Below are positions 25,498-34,240 of a stretch of 64,000 nucleotides of DNA, piece after piece. How positions within the stretch are numbered: position 1 is the first letter of the stretch; each line of letters starts with the position of its first letter. The DNA comes from a virus (lineage: Duplodnaviria > Heunggongvirae > Uroviricota > Caudoviricetes), in IMG/VR virus record IMGVR_UViG_3300006139_000005, positions 26,050 to 90,049 of that record; one strand, written 5' to 3'. Below the pieces are notes generated by a model that was given only the letters and a program-made list of their open reading frames with translations, was not told the DNA's origin and did not search any database. The translations under genes and the position numbers were made by a program.

Positions 25498-28400
25498 ATG
25501 AAGTACATATACCACAATGAACCTATTCCGCAGGAAGCTCGCCAAGAGTTGAACGACAAAATCCTTTATCTGGTTGAACAGGATTTAGCCGCTCAGTCTG
25601 GGATTACCTGCGAGGATATTTATAACGCATACACCGGAGATGGTGGGCTGCATGGCCTGAAGCGTTCCGATTTTGCCAACTACCATGAATATTCGGAAGC
25701 TAAGAAGGAGTTTGAAAACGGCCAGTTCTTTACCCCGCCCGCTCTCTGCCAGTTTATTATGGAGGCTCTGTCCCCGGAGATGGACGAGACGGTGGCTGAC
25801 CTCACTTCCGGCATTGCCACCTTTGCCAATTTTATGCCGTTGGAAGCCAACTTCTACGGCTGTGAGTTGGACATCAAATCTCATAAGGTGGCGCACTACC
25901 TCTACCCCGCTGCCAATCTGGAACATCGGGACATTCGGTTTTACCAGCCGGATATGCGCTTTGATTACGTGGTCGGCAATCCTCCGTTCAATTTGAAATG
26001 GAGTACAGAACAGGGGGAGATCATCTCCCAGATGTACTACTGTCTTAAAGCGGCGGAACTGTTAAAGCCTATGGGGATTATGGCGATCGTTGTACCGGCG
26101 CAATTTCTCTCTGACGACTATATGGATAAGCAGAAGATAGCGGAGATGGAGAAACATTTCTCCTTTATGGGACAGATTGAAATTATGGCCGGCGCGTTCA
26201 AGTATCTTGGTGTAACCAACTATCTGACGAAGGTGATGTTTTGGCAGAAGCGGATGGACGGCGAAGAAATCTCTGGCGAATACCGTTTGGACTGCGACGC
26301 TCAAATGCACAGCCTGGATAATACCGCTGATTTACTGGCCTACACCAAGGAGAAGATTGTTGCCCCTGCCAGGATGCTGAAGCAACAAAATCGTACCCGT
26401 GCCAAACTGCTTGGACGCAGTGATAGCAATGGCGAGTTTGACTACCAGGTGCGGAAAATGCTGTTTCACATCAAAAAGAACCCCAAATTGGTGGACAAAT
26501 ATGCTAAGTGTCAGGAATATCTGTACAAATTCCAGCACCAGGAGCAGCCCAAGGACATGAAGGCTGAGGAATGGGCGAAAGTTCGCATCACCGAGGCCAA
26601 AGTTCTGGCCTATCTGCGCCGTGTTATTTGTTCCCAAAATAAAAAGCCGAGCCAAGATATAGTGCGGTTGGTCAAACAGGACGGAGGATTGGTTTATAAG
26701 GGCTACAGTCAAAAGTCACGCAATTCTATCCCAGCTGAACTGAAGCAGCCCATCCCGTTCTATGAACTGGCTTCGGGGCAGGTGGACGCCAAAGGCTATG
26801 AACTGTATGGGCGGCTAATTCGTCGCAAACAGCGTAACTATGAGCGAGAAACCAAACCGTTCAAAGAAATGGTGGAACAGTCGGATATCGCTCAGTACCT
26901 GGACGAGTTTACCGTCTACGACAAGGAGAATGAGGAATGGATTTATCTTAACGATACACAAAAGCACGACCTCAACCTTGTTCTTCAGAAGCACTACCAC
27001 CTGTTGCAATGGGAGCAGGGCGGCGGTAAGACGCTGGCCGGTATCTCTACGGGCCGATATCGGATGGAACGCCAAGGAGCGCGGAATGTCTGGGTAGTGT
27101 CCTCTGCTATCTCCATCAAGAACAACTGGGATTTGGTGTTCAAGAATTATGGGATGACAAACTATCGGATGATCCGCAGCCTTGCCGATTTGGACGCGGT
27201 ACAAGATGGAGAGTTTGTCATAATCACTTTGAATATGCTTTCCAAGTACCGGAAGCAGATTAAACGCCACATTAGGATCAGAGGCAGGAATGTCTGCTTG
27301 GTTTTTGATGAGTCGGATGAAATGACCAATCCTGATAGCAAGCGCACCAAAGCCGTACTGGATTGCTTCCGTCGTGTGAGGTTCAAGCTGGCAATGACTG
27401 GTACTGTTACCCGTAACAACATTTCGGAATGTGCGCCTCAGCTGGAACTGTTGTATAACAACTCCTACAATATGCTTTCCTGGGCGGATACATTGTACTA
27501 CTTTGAGAAGGGCGATGGTGGTGAAGGGTTCTTGAGCTGCACCAATAATCCGTACTATGGAAAACCCATTCCTGCCTATAAGCCTGGATACACTCTGTTT
27601 GCTGAGTCTCATTTGCCGGAGAAGATCACAGTTTTCGGAGTGGGTAAGAAATCACAGGACATCTTCAACGCGGAGGCGCTGGATAAATTGCTGTCCTATG
27701 CGGTCATCACCCGGACGTTTGCGGAAATCACAGGCAAGGAGATCAGAAGGATTCATCAAATCCCAGTTTCATTCGCCCCTGCGGAGCGTGAGGTGTACAA
27801 AAAGGCCGTAGAGGAGTTCTATTCTATGCGGTCACGGTACTTTGCTTTGACCGGGAATAGCCGTAAGGACAGCATGATGGCGCTGATTCAACAGATTACT
27901 TTACTGTTGCGTATTTCTGCTGCTCCAAACACTGTGGATGAATATGCTGGAGCAGAAGCGCCGGTAAAAATCCAAACGGTTTGTAATATGGTGGAAGAAT
28001 GGGATAACGAGATCGTAGTGATTGGTGTGCGCCACAAAGTCGTAGTGGAGTCATATGCCGAGGAGATTCGCAGAAGATTCCCAGATCGGAAACTGTTTGT
28101 TGTCACCGGGTCTACTACCACCTTGGCTGGACGGCGGAAGTTGAAGCGGACACTGAAGGAGAGCGGGAACGGGATTCTGCTTTGTACGCAACAGTGCCTC
28201 CCCTCCTCTGTCAATTTTGAGTTCGTCAATAAGATCATCATTCCTGAGCTGCACTACAACAATGCCCGGATGAGTCAATTCTATATGCGTTTTGTCCGGT
28301 TCACTTCTACGGATTGGAAGGACATCTACTTTGTCACCTATTCTGGAAGTATTGAGTCAAATCAAATGCAAATGGTGTTAGCAAAAGAGAAATTGAATCT

Positions 28401-28545
28401 GTTTATGAAGGGGGAGGACGTAGACCTGGACGAGATATACACCCGCTTTGGTGTTGATTACGATTTGATGGGATTACTTATGTCTCGTGATATGGACAAA
28501 GACGGAAACTTCCATATCTCATGGGGAGAGCAGACAATTAACTGA
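25498..28545 (+). CDS. N6-adenine DNA methyltransferase / SNF2-family helicase fusion protein (DarB-like)
   Basis: FFTPPALCQF and DYVVGNPPFNLKW amino-MTase motifs at the N-terminus; helicase motif II LVFDESDEM and a long ATPase region at the C-terminus; 1015 aa. Confidence 0.8.
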   Translation: MKYIYHNEPIPQEARQELNDKILYLVEQDLAAQSGITCEDIYNAYTGDGGLHGLKRSDFANYHEYSEAKKEFENGQFFTPPALCQFIMEALSPEMDETVADLTSGIATFANFMPLEANFYGCELDIKSHKVAHYLYPAANLEHRDIRFYQPDMRFDYVVGNPPFNLKWSTEQGEIISQMYYCLKAAELLKPMGIMAIVVPAQFLSDDYMDKQKIAEMEKHFSFMGQIEIMAGAFKYLGVTNYLTKVMFWQKRMDGEEISGEYRLDCDAQMHSLDNTADLLAYTKEKIVAPARMLKQQNRTRAKLLGRSDSNGEFDYQVRKMLFHIKKNPKLVDKYAKCQEYLYKFQHQEQPKDMKAEEWAKVRITEAKVLAYLRRVICSQNKKPSQDIVRLVKQDGGLVYKGYSQKSRNSIPAELKQPIPFYELASGQVDAKGYELYGRLIRRKQRNYERETKPFKEMVEQSDIAQYLDEFTVYDKENEEWIYLNDTQKHDLNLVLQKHYHLLQWEQGGGKTLAGISTGRYRMERQGARNVWVVSSAISIKNNWDLVFKNYGMTNYRMIRSLADLDAVQDGEFVIITLNMLSKYRKQIKRHIRIRGRNVCLVFDESDEMTNPDSKRTKAVLDCFRRVRFKLAMTGTVTRNNISECAPQLELLYNNSYNMLSWADTLYYFEKGDGGEGFLSCTNNPYYGKPIPAYKPGYTLFAESHLPEKITVFGVGKKSQDIFNAEALDKLLSYAVITRTFAEITGKEIRRIHQIPVSFAPAEREVYKKAVEEFYSMRSRYFALTGNSRKDSMMALIQQITLLLRISAAPNTVDEYAGAEAPVKIQTVCNMVEEWDNEIVVIGVRHKVVVESYAEEIRRRFPDRKLFVVTGSTTTLAGRRKLKRTLKESGNGILLCTQQCLPSSVNFEFVNKIIIPELHYNNARMSQFYMRFVRFTSTDWKDIYFVTYSGSIESNQMQMVLAKEKLNLFMKGEDVDLDEIYTRFGVDYDLMGLLMSRDMDKDGNFHISWGEQTIN

Positions 28546-28554
28546 GGGCAAGAA

Positions 28555-28580
28555 AAGCCGCCCTCGAAAAAGGGCGGCTT
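28555..28580. terminator. hairpin between convergent genes
   Basis: AAGCCGCCC-tcgaaaaa-GGGCGGCTT. Confidence 0.5.
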
Positions 28581-28586
28581 CCTCGG

Positions 28587-29186
28587 TTAGCCATGGTACT
28601 TCTGGCGGAACTCTCGCAGCATATTGTTTTCCCAAGCTGTTTTGATATGGCCTCTACACCACTTCACATAACGATCATATTGGAGTGCCATGGCCTGGGA
28701 TGACATCCCAAAAACGGATTGAATCTCTGAAGCAGAACGGATGCCAAGCTCTCGCATGATTGGCAATGGTGCAATGAGGTTCCACGCAAAATAGTCTGCC
28801 TCGCTTTCAAACTGGTCGTAGGGTTCTCGCCAGTCTGTATAGGCTATATCTGCCTCCTCGATCATCTCAAGATGCCCAATACAGATGTGGCCGATCTCGT
28901 GGCAAAGTGTCCATAAAACTCGACCAGGATTCATAGAAGCGTTGTAGAGAATCAGATAGCGGCTCTGTTCCACATCGTAATGAGTTGCGCCAGAATTACT
29001 TTTGCATAGGACGGCAACATCCTGTATGGAACATTGGTTCAGCTCTGCCATTTTCTGATAGGATATGATACGACATTGCTGAGGAAGATAGGAGATTATC
29101 TCTTCTGGCTGGATAGGATATGAAATCGTGCCCATGAGTCGGTACAGCTCCAATACTTTACGCTGTATGAACACAGTTCTGACCAT
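28587..29186 (-). CDS. immA: ImmA/IrrE-family metallo-endopeptidase (anti-repressor protease)
   Basis: LCHEIGHICIGH HExxH; GGAGGT RBS; immediately downstream of the XRE repressor gene. Confidence 0.75.
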   Translation of the reverse strand: MVRTVFIQRKVLELYRLMGTISYPIQPEEIISYLPQQCRIISYQKMAELNQCSIQDVAVLCKSNSGATHYDVEQSRYLILYNASMNPGRVLWTLCHEIGHICIGHLEMIEEADIAYTDWREPYDQFESEADYFAWNLIAPLPIMRELGIRSASEIQSVFGMSSQAMALQYDRYVKWCRGHIKTAWENNMLREFRQKYHG

Positions 29187-29248
29187 TTAGACCTCCCCTC
29201 CTGAATTACGTGGATTGAAAACTCTTCGTGAGTAACCATTATACCATA

Positions 29249-29614
29249 TTAGCTGTCCGATTTTTTGGACTGTTCATCGGAAAAAGCGTAGTCAAAGCCA
29301 ATCTTCAGCATTGCCATCATGCGGTTTTTGTCACGATCTGTCATTCGTTCTCTTGCCCGCTGCAAGGAAACAAAGTCTTGATCTCGCATAACAGTGTCGA
29401 TTGGGGTGCGGATATCGGTTGCGCCTACAATGTAATCTATGGAAACACCAAAGTATTTTGCAATTTTTGAGATCTTGTCAATGGTTGGGCAGGTGGCGTT
29501 TTTCCACCGCCCAATGGAATACTGGCTCATTCCAAGTTCAGTTTCCAGTTTGTTGACTGTGATCTCATTCTCAGCACACAATTCTTTAATCCTTGTGAAA
29601 ATGATAGAGTCCAT
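29249..29614 (-). CDS. XRE-family HTH repressor (cI/ImmR-like)
   Basis: ITVNKLETELGMSQYSIGRWKNATCPTIDKISKIAKYFGVSIDYIVG HTH_3 pattern; divergent from a rightward promoter; track ORF 5' extension rejected. Confidence 0.75.
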   Translation of the reverse strand: MDSIIFTRIKELCAENEITVNKLETELGMSQYSIGRWKNATCPTIDKISKIAKYFGVSIDYIVGATDIRTPIDTVMRDQDFVSLQRARERMTDRDKNRMMAMLKIGFDYAFSDEQSKKSDS

Positions 29615-29642
29615 AACACAACCCCCAAACAGAAAATTCATC

Positions 29643-29750
29643 ATATCACGAAAAAGTGCGTGATAACCCCTTGACAACACGTATAAATGCTGGTATAGTA
29701 AGCACCAGGCACGAAAACTATCGTGATATTGCTGATATTGTATCACACGT
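29643..29750. promoter_or_regulatory. operator cluster: CGTGATA/TATCACG palindromic half-sites (TATCACGaaaaagtgCGTGATA; CACGAaaactaTCGTG; TCGTGATA-N12-TATCACAC) around the divergent promoters
   Basis: read directly from sequence. Confidence 0.55.
29670..29698 (+). promoter_or_regulatory. sigma-A promoter TTGACA-N17-TATAGT (rightward, cro-side)
   Basis: consensus hexamers and spacing, embedded in the operators. Confidence 0.55.
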
Positions 29751-29798
29751 TTTCAGTTTAGTCAACCCAAAAATTATAAAACATTGGAGGAGTGCAAA

Positions 29799-30239
29799 AT
29801 GAGAATCGTCAATAGTTTGGTCGAAGACTTTGGTGGCTTCGAGCTGGACGCTGGTGCTGTAAAATTACGCAGCTCAGATACACAGGACATCATGCTTCCG
29901 TATAACGGCACTCTCCCAGAGCAGATGTCCTCAGCGTCCAGCGCTTTCCTCCATATTAACGTCCAGCCTGTGCAGGGCGCAAGAGTGGTTTTGGTCGTTG
30001 ATAAGGAGAATGGGAGAGTTCGTCGGCCCTTGGAGGCTACCAATGAAGAGATCATTGCTTTGCTCGATAGGTTTTATGAGCAAAGCGAAACTGGCCTTGA
30101 TCGTTACTGGCATGGTTTCTGGGAAGCTCACTACATGGGCTGGAGGCAAATGGTCAAGGATTCTCAGAAACTGTTGAAGATGTTACGATCTCTACCTGCT
30201 AAGAATATGGCTTATATATCACAACGATTGCTGGAATAA
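29799..30239 (+). CDS. hypothetical protein at the Cro/antirepressor position
   Basis: GGAGGAG RBS; 146 aa. Confidence 0.5.
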   Translation: MRIVNSLVEDFGGFELDAGAVKLRSSDTQDIMLPYNGTLPEQMSSASSAFLHINVQPVQGARVVLVVDKENGRVRRPLEATNEEIIALLDRFYEQSETGLDRYWHGFWEAHYMGWRQMVKDSQKLLKMLRSLPAKNMAYISQRLLE

Positions 30240-30288
30240 GCCGAGGTAGCCTCCCAAAAAAGTTTTTCAATGATTTTGTTGTTTGCTA

Positions 30289-30320
30289 TTGACAACGGGA
30301 ACGTCTTGTGGTAGTATAAT
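30289..30320 (+). promoter_or_regulatory. sigma-A promoter TTGACA-N17-TAGTAT(AAT)
   Basis: consensus -35, TG-extended -10 region. Confidence 0.5.
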
Positions 30321-30355
30321 GACACGGAACACATTGGAGGGAGACGGAGGATACC

Positions 30356-31291
30356 ATGAGAGAGAACTTCTTCACGGATCAAAATGAAGGATACGCTTCA
30401 TTCCCTCAGCAAAAGCAATTCACTAAAACATGGAATAAGGTTTTGGCTTTTGAGAAAAGCACTGGAAAGACTTTGGACGAAGGATATACCAAAGATGAGT
30501 ATGTAGAACTTTTTAATTCCATGTTAGTGAAGAAGTCCAGCACATTTTTCAACGATAAAAAGGCTGTCCTTTACTATGTTCGCTATATGATTGCTCATGG
30601 CGAACTCCAAAAGGAGCAGGAAGAAATTTTGTCAAGTGTGATGGCGGAAGATCTGAGCATTAGTTCAAAATCGGCACGCATTACCTACTTCAAAGATTTA
30701 GACCATCTACGGGCTGCTATCGAAGATACGGTTTTTGCGGCGAACAGAATTGACGACTCTGTGTTTGATGTTCCAAGTGCAGTCCTTTATCTGGCCTGGT
30801 TCGGTTTAACCGAGGAACAGATTCTTACACTTCCAAAAACAGCTGTATGCGATGACGGAATTGTTCTTGACGGTGTAAAAATTGAAATGCCGTATTTCGT
30901 AACCGAGTTGCTAACTCATCTACGGGATGCAGAGGGATTTGAGTCTCAAGGTAGAGGCCGTATCTTTCGGAAGTATGTGTACTCGGAAAACCTTATTCGG
31001 ACAGAGGATAGCCCCAAAGTAACGGTCTTTCAGATGCGGGCCAGCCTCAGTCGGATGGACAAATATTCAAATCACGAGTATTCGTTAAAGTTCGACACAG
31101 CCAGACAGTCGGGAATTTTCTATCGGGCATATATGCTGGAACAGGAAAGTTCTAACTTTGATTTGGAAAATGTCGAATTTGCGTCGGAGGTATTCTGTGA
31201 GAATCTGATTGGTAAAAACGAAAAAGATATTCGGAAGCCTCATCGTGAACGGTTGAGAGACTATGCACTGTATAAACAGCTACACTCTTAA
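30356..31291 (+). CDS. hypothetical protein
   Basis: GGAGGATACC RBS; 311 aa. Confidence 0.55.
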   Translation: MRENFFTDQNEGYASFPQQKQFTKTWNKVLAFEKSTGKTLDEGYTKDEYVELFNSMLVKKSSTFFNDKKAVLYYVRYMIAHGELQKEQEEILSSVMAEDLSISSKSARITYFKDLDHLRAAIEDTVFAANRIDDSVFDVPSAVLYLAWFGLTEEQILTLPKTAVCDDGIVLDGVKIEMPYFVTELLTHLRDAEGFESQGRGRIFRKYVYSENLIRTEDSPKVTVFQMRASLSRMDKYSNHEYSLKFDTARQSGIFYRAYMLEQESSNFDLENVEFASEVFCENLIGKNEKDIRKPHRERLRDYALYKQLHS

Positions 31292-31362
31292 AGTGGCAGG
31301 AGCCACTTTAAGGTTAGTATAGTGACGAACAAAATCAATGTATTCAAATGGGGGGGTAAGAG

Positions 31363-31530
31363 TTGCCGGTATTCATTTTCTTGGTCTTTGCGTTTGCGGC
31401 TGTGCTGTGGGTGCTGCTATCTTTCGCATTCAAACCGCTCGGCAAGTTTGTTGGACGGCTAATCAAGGATGCAAAGGACGCAATGGACGAGGAAGATCCA
31501 AGCGATGAAGACACAGCAAATAAACATTGA
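31363..31530 (+). CDS. small membrane protein (TTG start)
   Basis: G7 tract as SD; LPVFIFLVFAFAAVLWVLLSFAF helix then acidic tail; directly upstream of the SPFH gene. Confidence 0.25.
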   Translation: MPVFIFLVFAFAAVLWVLLSFAFKPLGKFVGRLIKDAKDAMDEEDPSDEDTANKH

Positions 31531-31547
31531 CGGAGGTAAAATACACA

Positions 31548-32480
31548 ATGAGAAGAAAAGGTTTCATCGGAGCAATCGTCCTTGCAATCGCAATCTTTGG
31601 AAGTATCATTTTGGCACTGTTCTGTACCAGTCGTGTTCCGGCAGGGTATGTCGGCGTCGTCTACAACATGAACGGCGGCGTTGACGGTGAGGTTCTTTCC
31701 CAAGGTTGGCATCTGGTCGCACCTACCAAGAAAGTCACGACATACTCAATCGGTATTGAGCAAAGCTATCTGACCTCTGACGAAAAGGGCGACAGCAAGA
31801 CCGATGAGAGCTTCAGTATCCCTACTTCTGACGGCAAAACGGTTCGGGTAAATTTGGAGTTCTCCTATCGTTTCGATGAGGCACGAGTGGCTGAAACATT
31901 CGTAACATTCAAAGGAAAGTCCGGCGAAGAGATCAAGGACACATTTATCAAGCCCAAGATTATCGCATGGACTCAGGAGGTCAGTGCTAACTATCCTGTT
32001 ACAGACATCTTTGGCGATCAGCGTACCACTATCAATGCAGAGCTTGATCTTTACCTCAAGGAGAAGTTCGATAAGTATGGCATTATTATTGACACGGTGA
32101 ACTTCACCGACATCTCTGTGGATGCTGAGACTGCTGCGGCGATCCAAAAGAAAGTAACCGCCCAGCAGGAGCTTGAACTTGCGAATATTGAGGCGCAGAC
32201 TGCTAAGATTCAGGCCAACAAAGATAAGGAAGTTGCCATGATCCAGGCGGAGAAGGACAAGGAAGCCGCAGAGATTCAAGCGCAGACAGCATTGGTTAAG
32301 GCAAATGCAGATGCTGAGGTGTTGCGGATTGCTGCCGAAGCTGAGGCAGAGGCAAACAGAGTGATTGCCGCCTCCCTTACTTCTGAGTTGATTGAGAAGA
32401 TTAAGTATGAGCAGTGGGATGGTAAGATGCCTACCGTATCCGGTTCTGGCTCCATTGTCACCATCCCAGGCGTGAATTGA
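31548..32480 (+). CDS. SPFH/band-7 (stomatin/HflK-like) membrane protein
   Basis: N-terminal TM helix, SPFH core, C-terminal EAQTAKIQANKDKE...AEAEAEANR coiled coil. Confidence 0.75.
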   Translation: MRRKGFIGAIVLAIAIFGSIILALFCTSRVPAGYVGVVYNMNGGVDGEVLSQGWHLVAPTKKVTTYSIGIEQSYLTSDEKGDSKTDESFSIPTSDGKTVRVNLEFSYRFDEARVAETFVTFKGKSGEEIKDTFIKPKIIAWTQEVSANYPVTDIFGDQRTTINAELDLYLKEKFDKYGIIIDTVNFTDISVDAETAAAIQKKVTAQQELELANIEAQTAKIQANKDKEVAMIQAEKDKEAAEIQAQTALVKANADAEVLRIAAEAEAEANRVIAASLTSELIEKIKYEQWDGKMPTVSGSGSIVTIPGVN

Positions 32481-32491
32481 GGAGGAACGAT

Positions 32492-32794
32492 ATGGCGTTC
32501 AACAACAAGAAAACCAATACGGCGTCCCGTGACATTTTGCGGGAGAAGCAGCAGGAGGTTGATCGGCTTGCGCAGCAGGCGGATGATGCTGTCGAGCTTG
32601 TGACACGCGCTATCAATCGTCTGGAGCTTATCAATCAACAGATTGACGACGCTATGGGAGAGATTGACACCTATACGGCTGATCTGGCGAAGACGCGAGA
32701 AGCTATGTCCAAACAGCGCCAGGGAAATGCGGCTATCATCAATAATTTCACCAAGCTCCTAAGTACAGAGGACTCCGGCTCAATTTCTGAATAA
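32492..32794 (+). CDS. coiled-coil hypothetical protein
   Basis: GAGGAGG RBS; 100 aa. Confidence 0.5.
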   Translation: MAFNNKKTNTASRDILREKQQEVDRLAQQADDAVELVTRAINRLELINQQIDDAMGEIDTYTADLAKTREAMSKQRQGNAAIINNFTKLLSTEDSGSISE

Positions 32795-32899
32795 AAGAGC
32801 CATTTGGTTTGAGACGCTAACAGCAACTTTAACAAAACAATGAACATTTAATTCATCACGTTAAAATGCGTCTCGTGGTGGTTAGCAACCGCCGAATAT

Positions 32900-32989
32900 G
32901 GAGTGGTAAGTCTAATGGTAAGACAGCGGTTTGCTAAACCGTCAGTAGCCCGAAAGGGTGTGTGGGTTCGAGTCCCACCCACTCCGCCA
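32900..32989 (+). tRNA. tRNA-Ser (anticodon GCU), CCA encoded
   Basis: acceptor GGAGTGG/CCACTCC, anticodon loop TTGCTAA, long variable arm, T-arm GTGGGTTCGAGTCCCAC. Confidence 0.8.
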
Positions 32990-33524
32990 GCCGTGTGGTG
33001 AGCGGCATTGCGTACATTGCAAACCCCTTTCTTGACGGTGGGAAAAGACCACTACTGCCGTGTAAGTGCGGCAATATGGGAACGTCCGGTGGTCAGGCCA
33101 ATCTGTGTAATGGGTGGCGGACACATACAGCAATCTTCATTATAAAAAAGACTTGAAATCTTTTCCTTGGCGGTTCAACTCCGCCAGTTCCCACAATAGC
33201 CACCATACTGATTCTTAGGAAGGAGGTACGTGCCATGAATAGAGCACGTGACCAGACCATTTAAGAAGTCGTATCTGTAAATGTAGAACGGCTGCAACAA
33301 GTGGGGCGATGCCCCACAAGGTTTCAAAATGTGAGCCGCCCACATGAGTGCGGCAGAATCGGAACGCAGTTGAGGAGGCTCTGCAATGAATAAAGCACGA
33401 GACAAGCCCTAAGTTCGCATCCAAACAGAAATATATTTGACCGGCTCCTTTGAAATATGAAACTATGGGACGCTAACAGCAAGTCATTCTGAAATTTTAA
33501 GAAACAACAATGCGTCCCGAATAT

Positions 33525-33638
33525 GCGGAGATAGCTCAGTCGGTAGAGCGATGGTATAAAATGTGGAACATTTCGTTCTCACTAACAGCAAGGTTAAATG
33601 GAGGCTATGTGTCGTAGGTTCGAGTCCTACTCTCCGCA
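33525..33638 (+). tRNA. tRNA-like gene with about 45-nt insert in the anticodon loop (isotype not assignable)
   Basis: acceptor GCGGAGA/TCTCCGC, D-arm GCTCAGTCGGTAGAGC, T-arm GTAGGTTCGAGTCCTAC; insert ATAAAATGTGGAACATTTCGTTCTCACTAACAGCAAGGTTAAA; no CCA. Confidence 0.5.
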
Positions 33639-33851
33639 TCAGACTCCTTTGTTTTCCGGTATCCTTTCGAGTCGCTAAGAAACAAGCCGGCGTGGTTGCG
33701 GACGAAAAGGCGCAAGTGGATTCCGTTCCCACCGAGAAGCGGATAGGGGCAGGGCTTTGGGTACGCTTATGTCTGTTCTGAAATCAAGCGCCAGATAATC
33801 AGCCCAAATATCTTGAACTGGGTTGTGACAGCTTGGAAAGACAAGCAAAAC

Positions 33852-33966
33852 GTCAGGGTAGCTCAGTGGATAGAGCACGTATCAATGCGTATCTTATGAA
33901 ACGCGCACAGCAATGTTTTAAGGAATTTTAATCCCGTGGTCGTGGGTTCGAGTCCCACCCCTGGCA
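33852..33966 (+). tRNA. tRNA-like gene with long insert between D-arm and T-arm
   Basis: acceptor GTCAGGG/CCCTGGC (one G-U), D-arm GCTCAGTGGATAGAGC, T-arm GTGGGTTCGAGTCCCAC; insert contains CACAGCAATG; anticodon stem unresolved. Confidence 0.4.
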
Positions 33967-33971
33967 TCTAT

Positions 33972-34089
33972 GCGGTAGTGGTGAAGTGGTTAAACACAGC
34001 GGTCAATAAAATGTGAAATGTTATAGTTTCACTAACAGCAAGGTAAAAAGCCAAACCGCCAATCGTAGGTTCAAATCCTACCTGCCGTA
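33972..34089 (+). tRNA. tRNA-like gene with about 44-nt insert in the anticodon loop
   Basis: acceptor GCGGTAG/CTGCCGT, anticodon stem GCGGT/ACCGC, T-arm GTAGGTTCAAATCCTAC; insert ATAAAATGTGAAATGTTATAGTTTCACTAACAGCAAGGTAAAA homologous to that in 33525-33638. Confidence 0.5.
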
Positions 34090-34240
34090 CAATATAGGGG
34101 AACGTAAACCATCGTCTCCTCCCACCCTATTTAACGATAAAATGGTGACAGCTCGGAGAGACGGGCACATCTCTGAACACGTACAGCAAAAGTAGTTAAG
34201 GTGTTCCAGGTATCTCAAAATTTATTAGGAGGTAAGAGAA

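Noticed and set aside
29228-29470. Plus-strand ORF 29228-29470
   Set aside because: It lies entirely inside the minus-strand XRE repressor gene.
33175-33424. Minus-strand ORFs 33175-33405 and 33215-33424 in the tRNA cluster
   Set aside because: They have no RBS and overlap the paired mini-ORF/hairpin elements. They are probably non-coding.
32900-34089. tRNA genes as attB-derived attachment-site remnants of the integrase
   Set aside because: The cluster lies about 30 kb from int, inside the element. The genes are complete, including their 5' halves, and are co-oriented with flanking phage genes. They are phage-encoded RNAs, not att remnants.
33525-34089. Bona fide YrlA-type Y RNAs as the explanation for the tRNA-like genes
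   Set aside because: YrlA-type Y RNAs are circularly permuted relative to tRNA, with the ends in the Ro-binding stem. Here the order is that of a normal tRNA with an insert in the anticodon loop. The Ro60 link is therefore kept as a hypothesis only.
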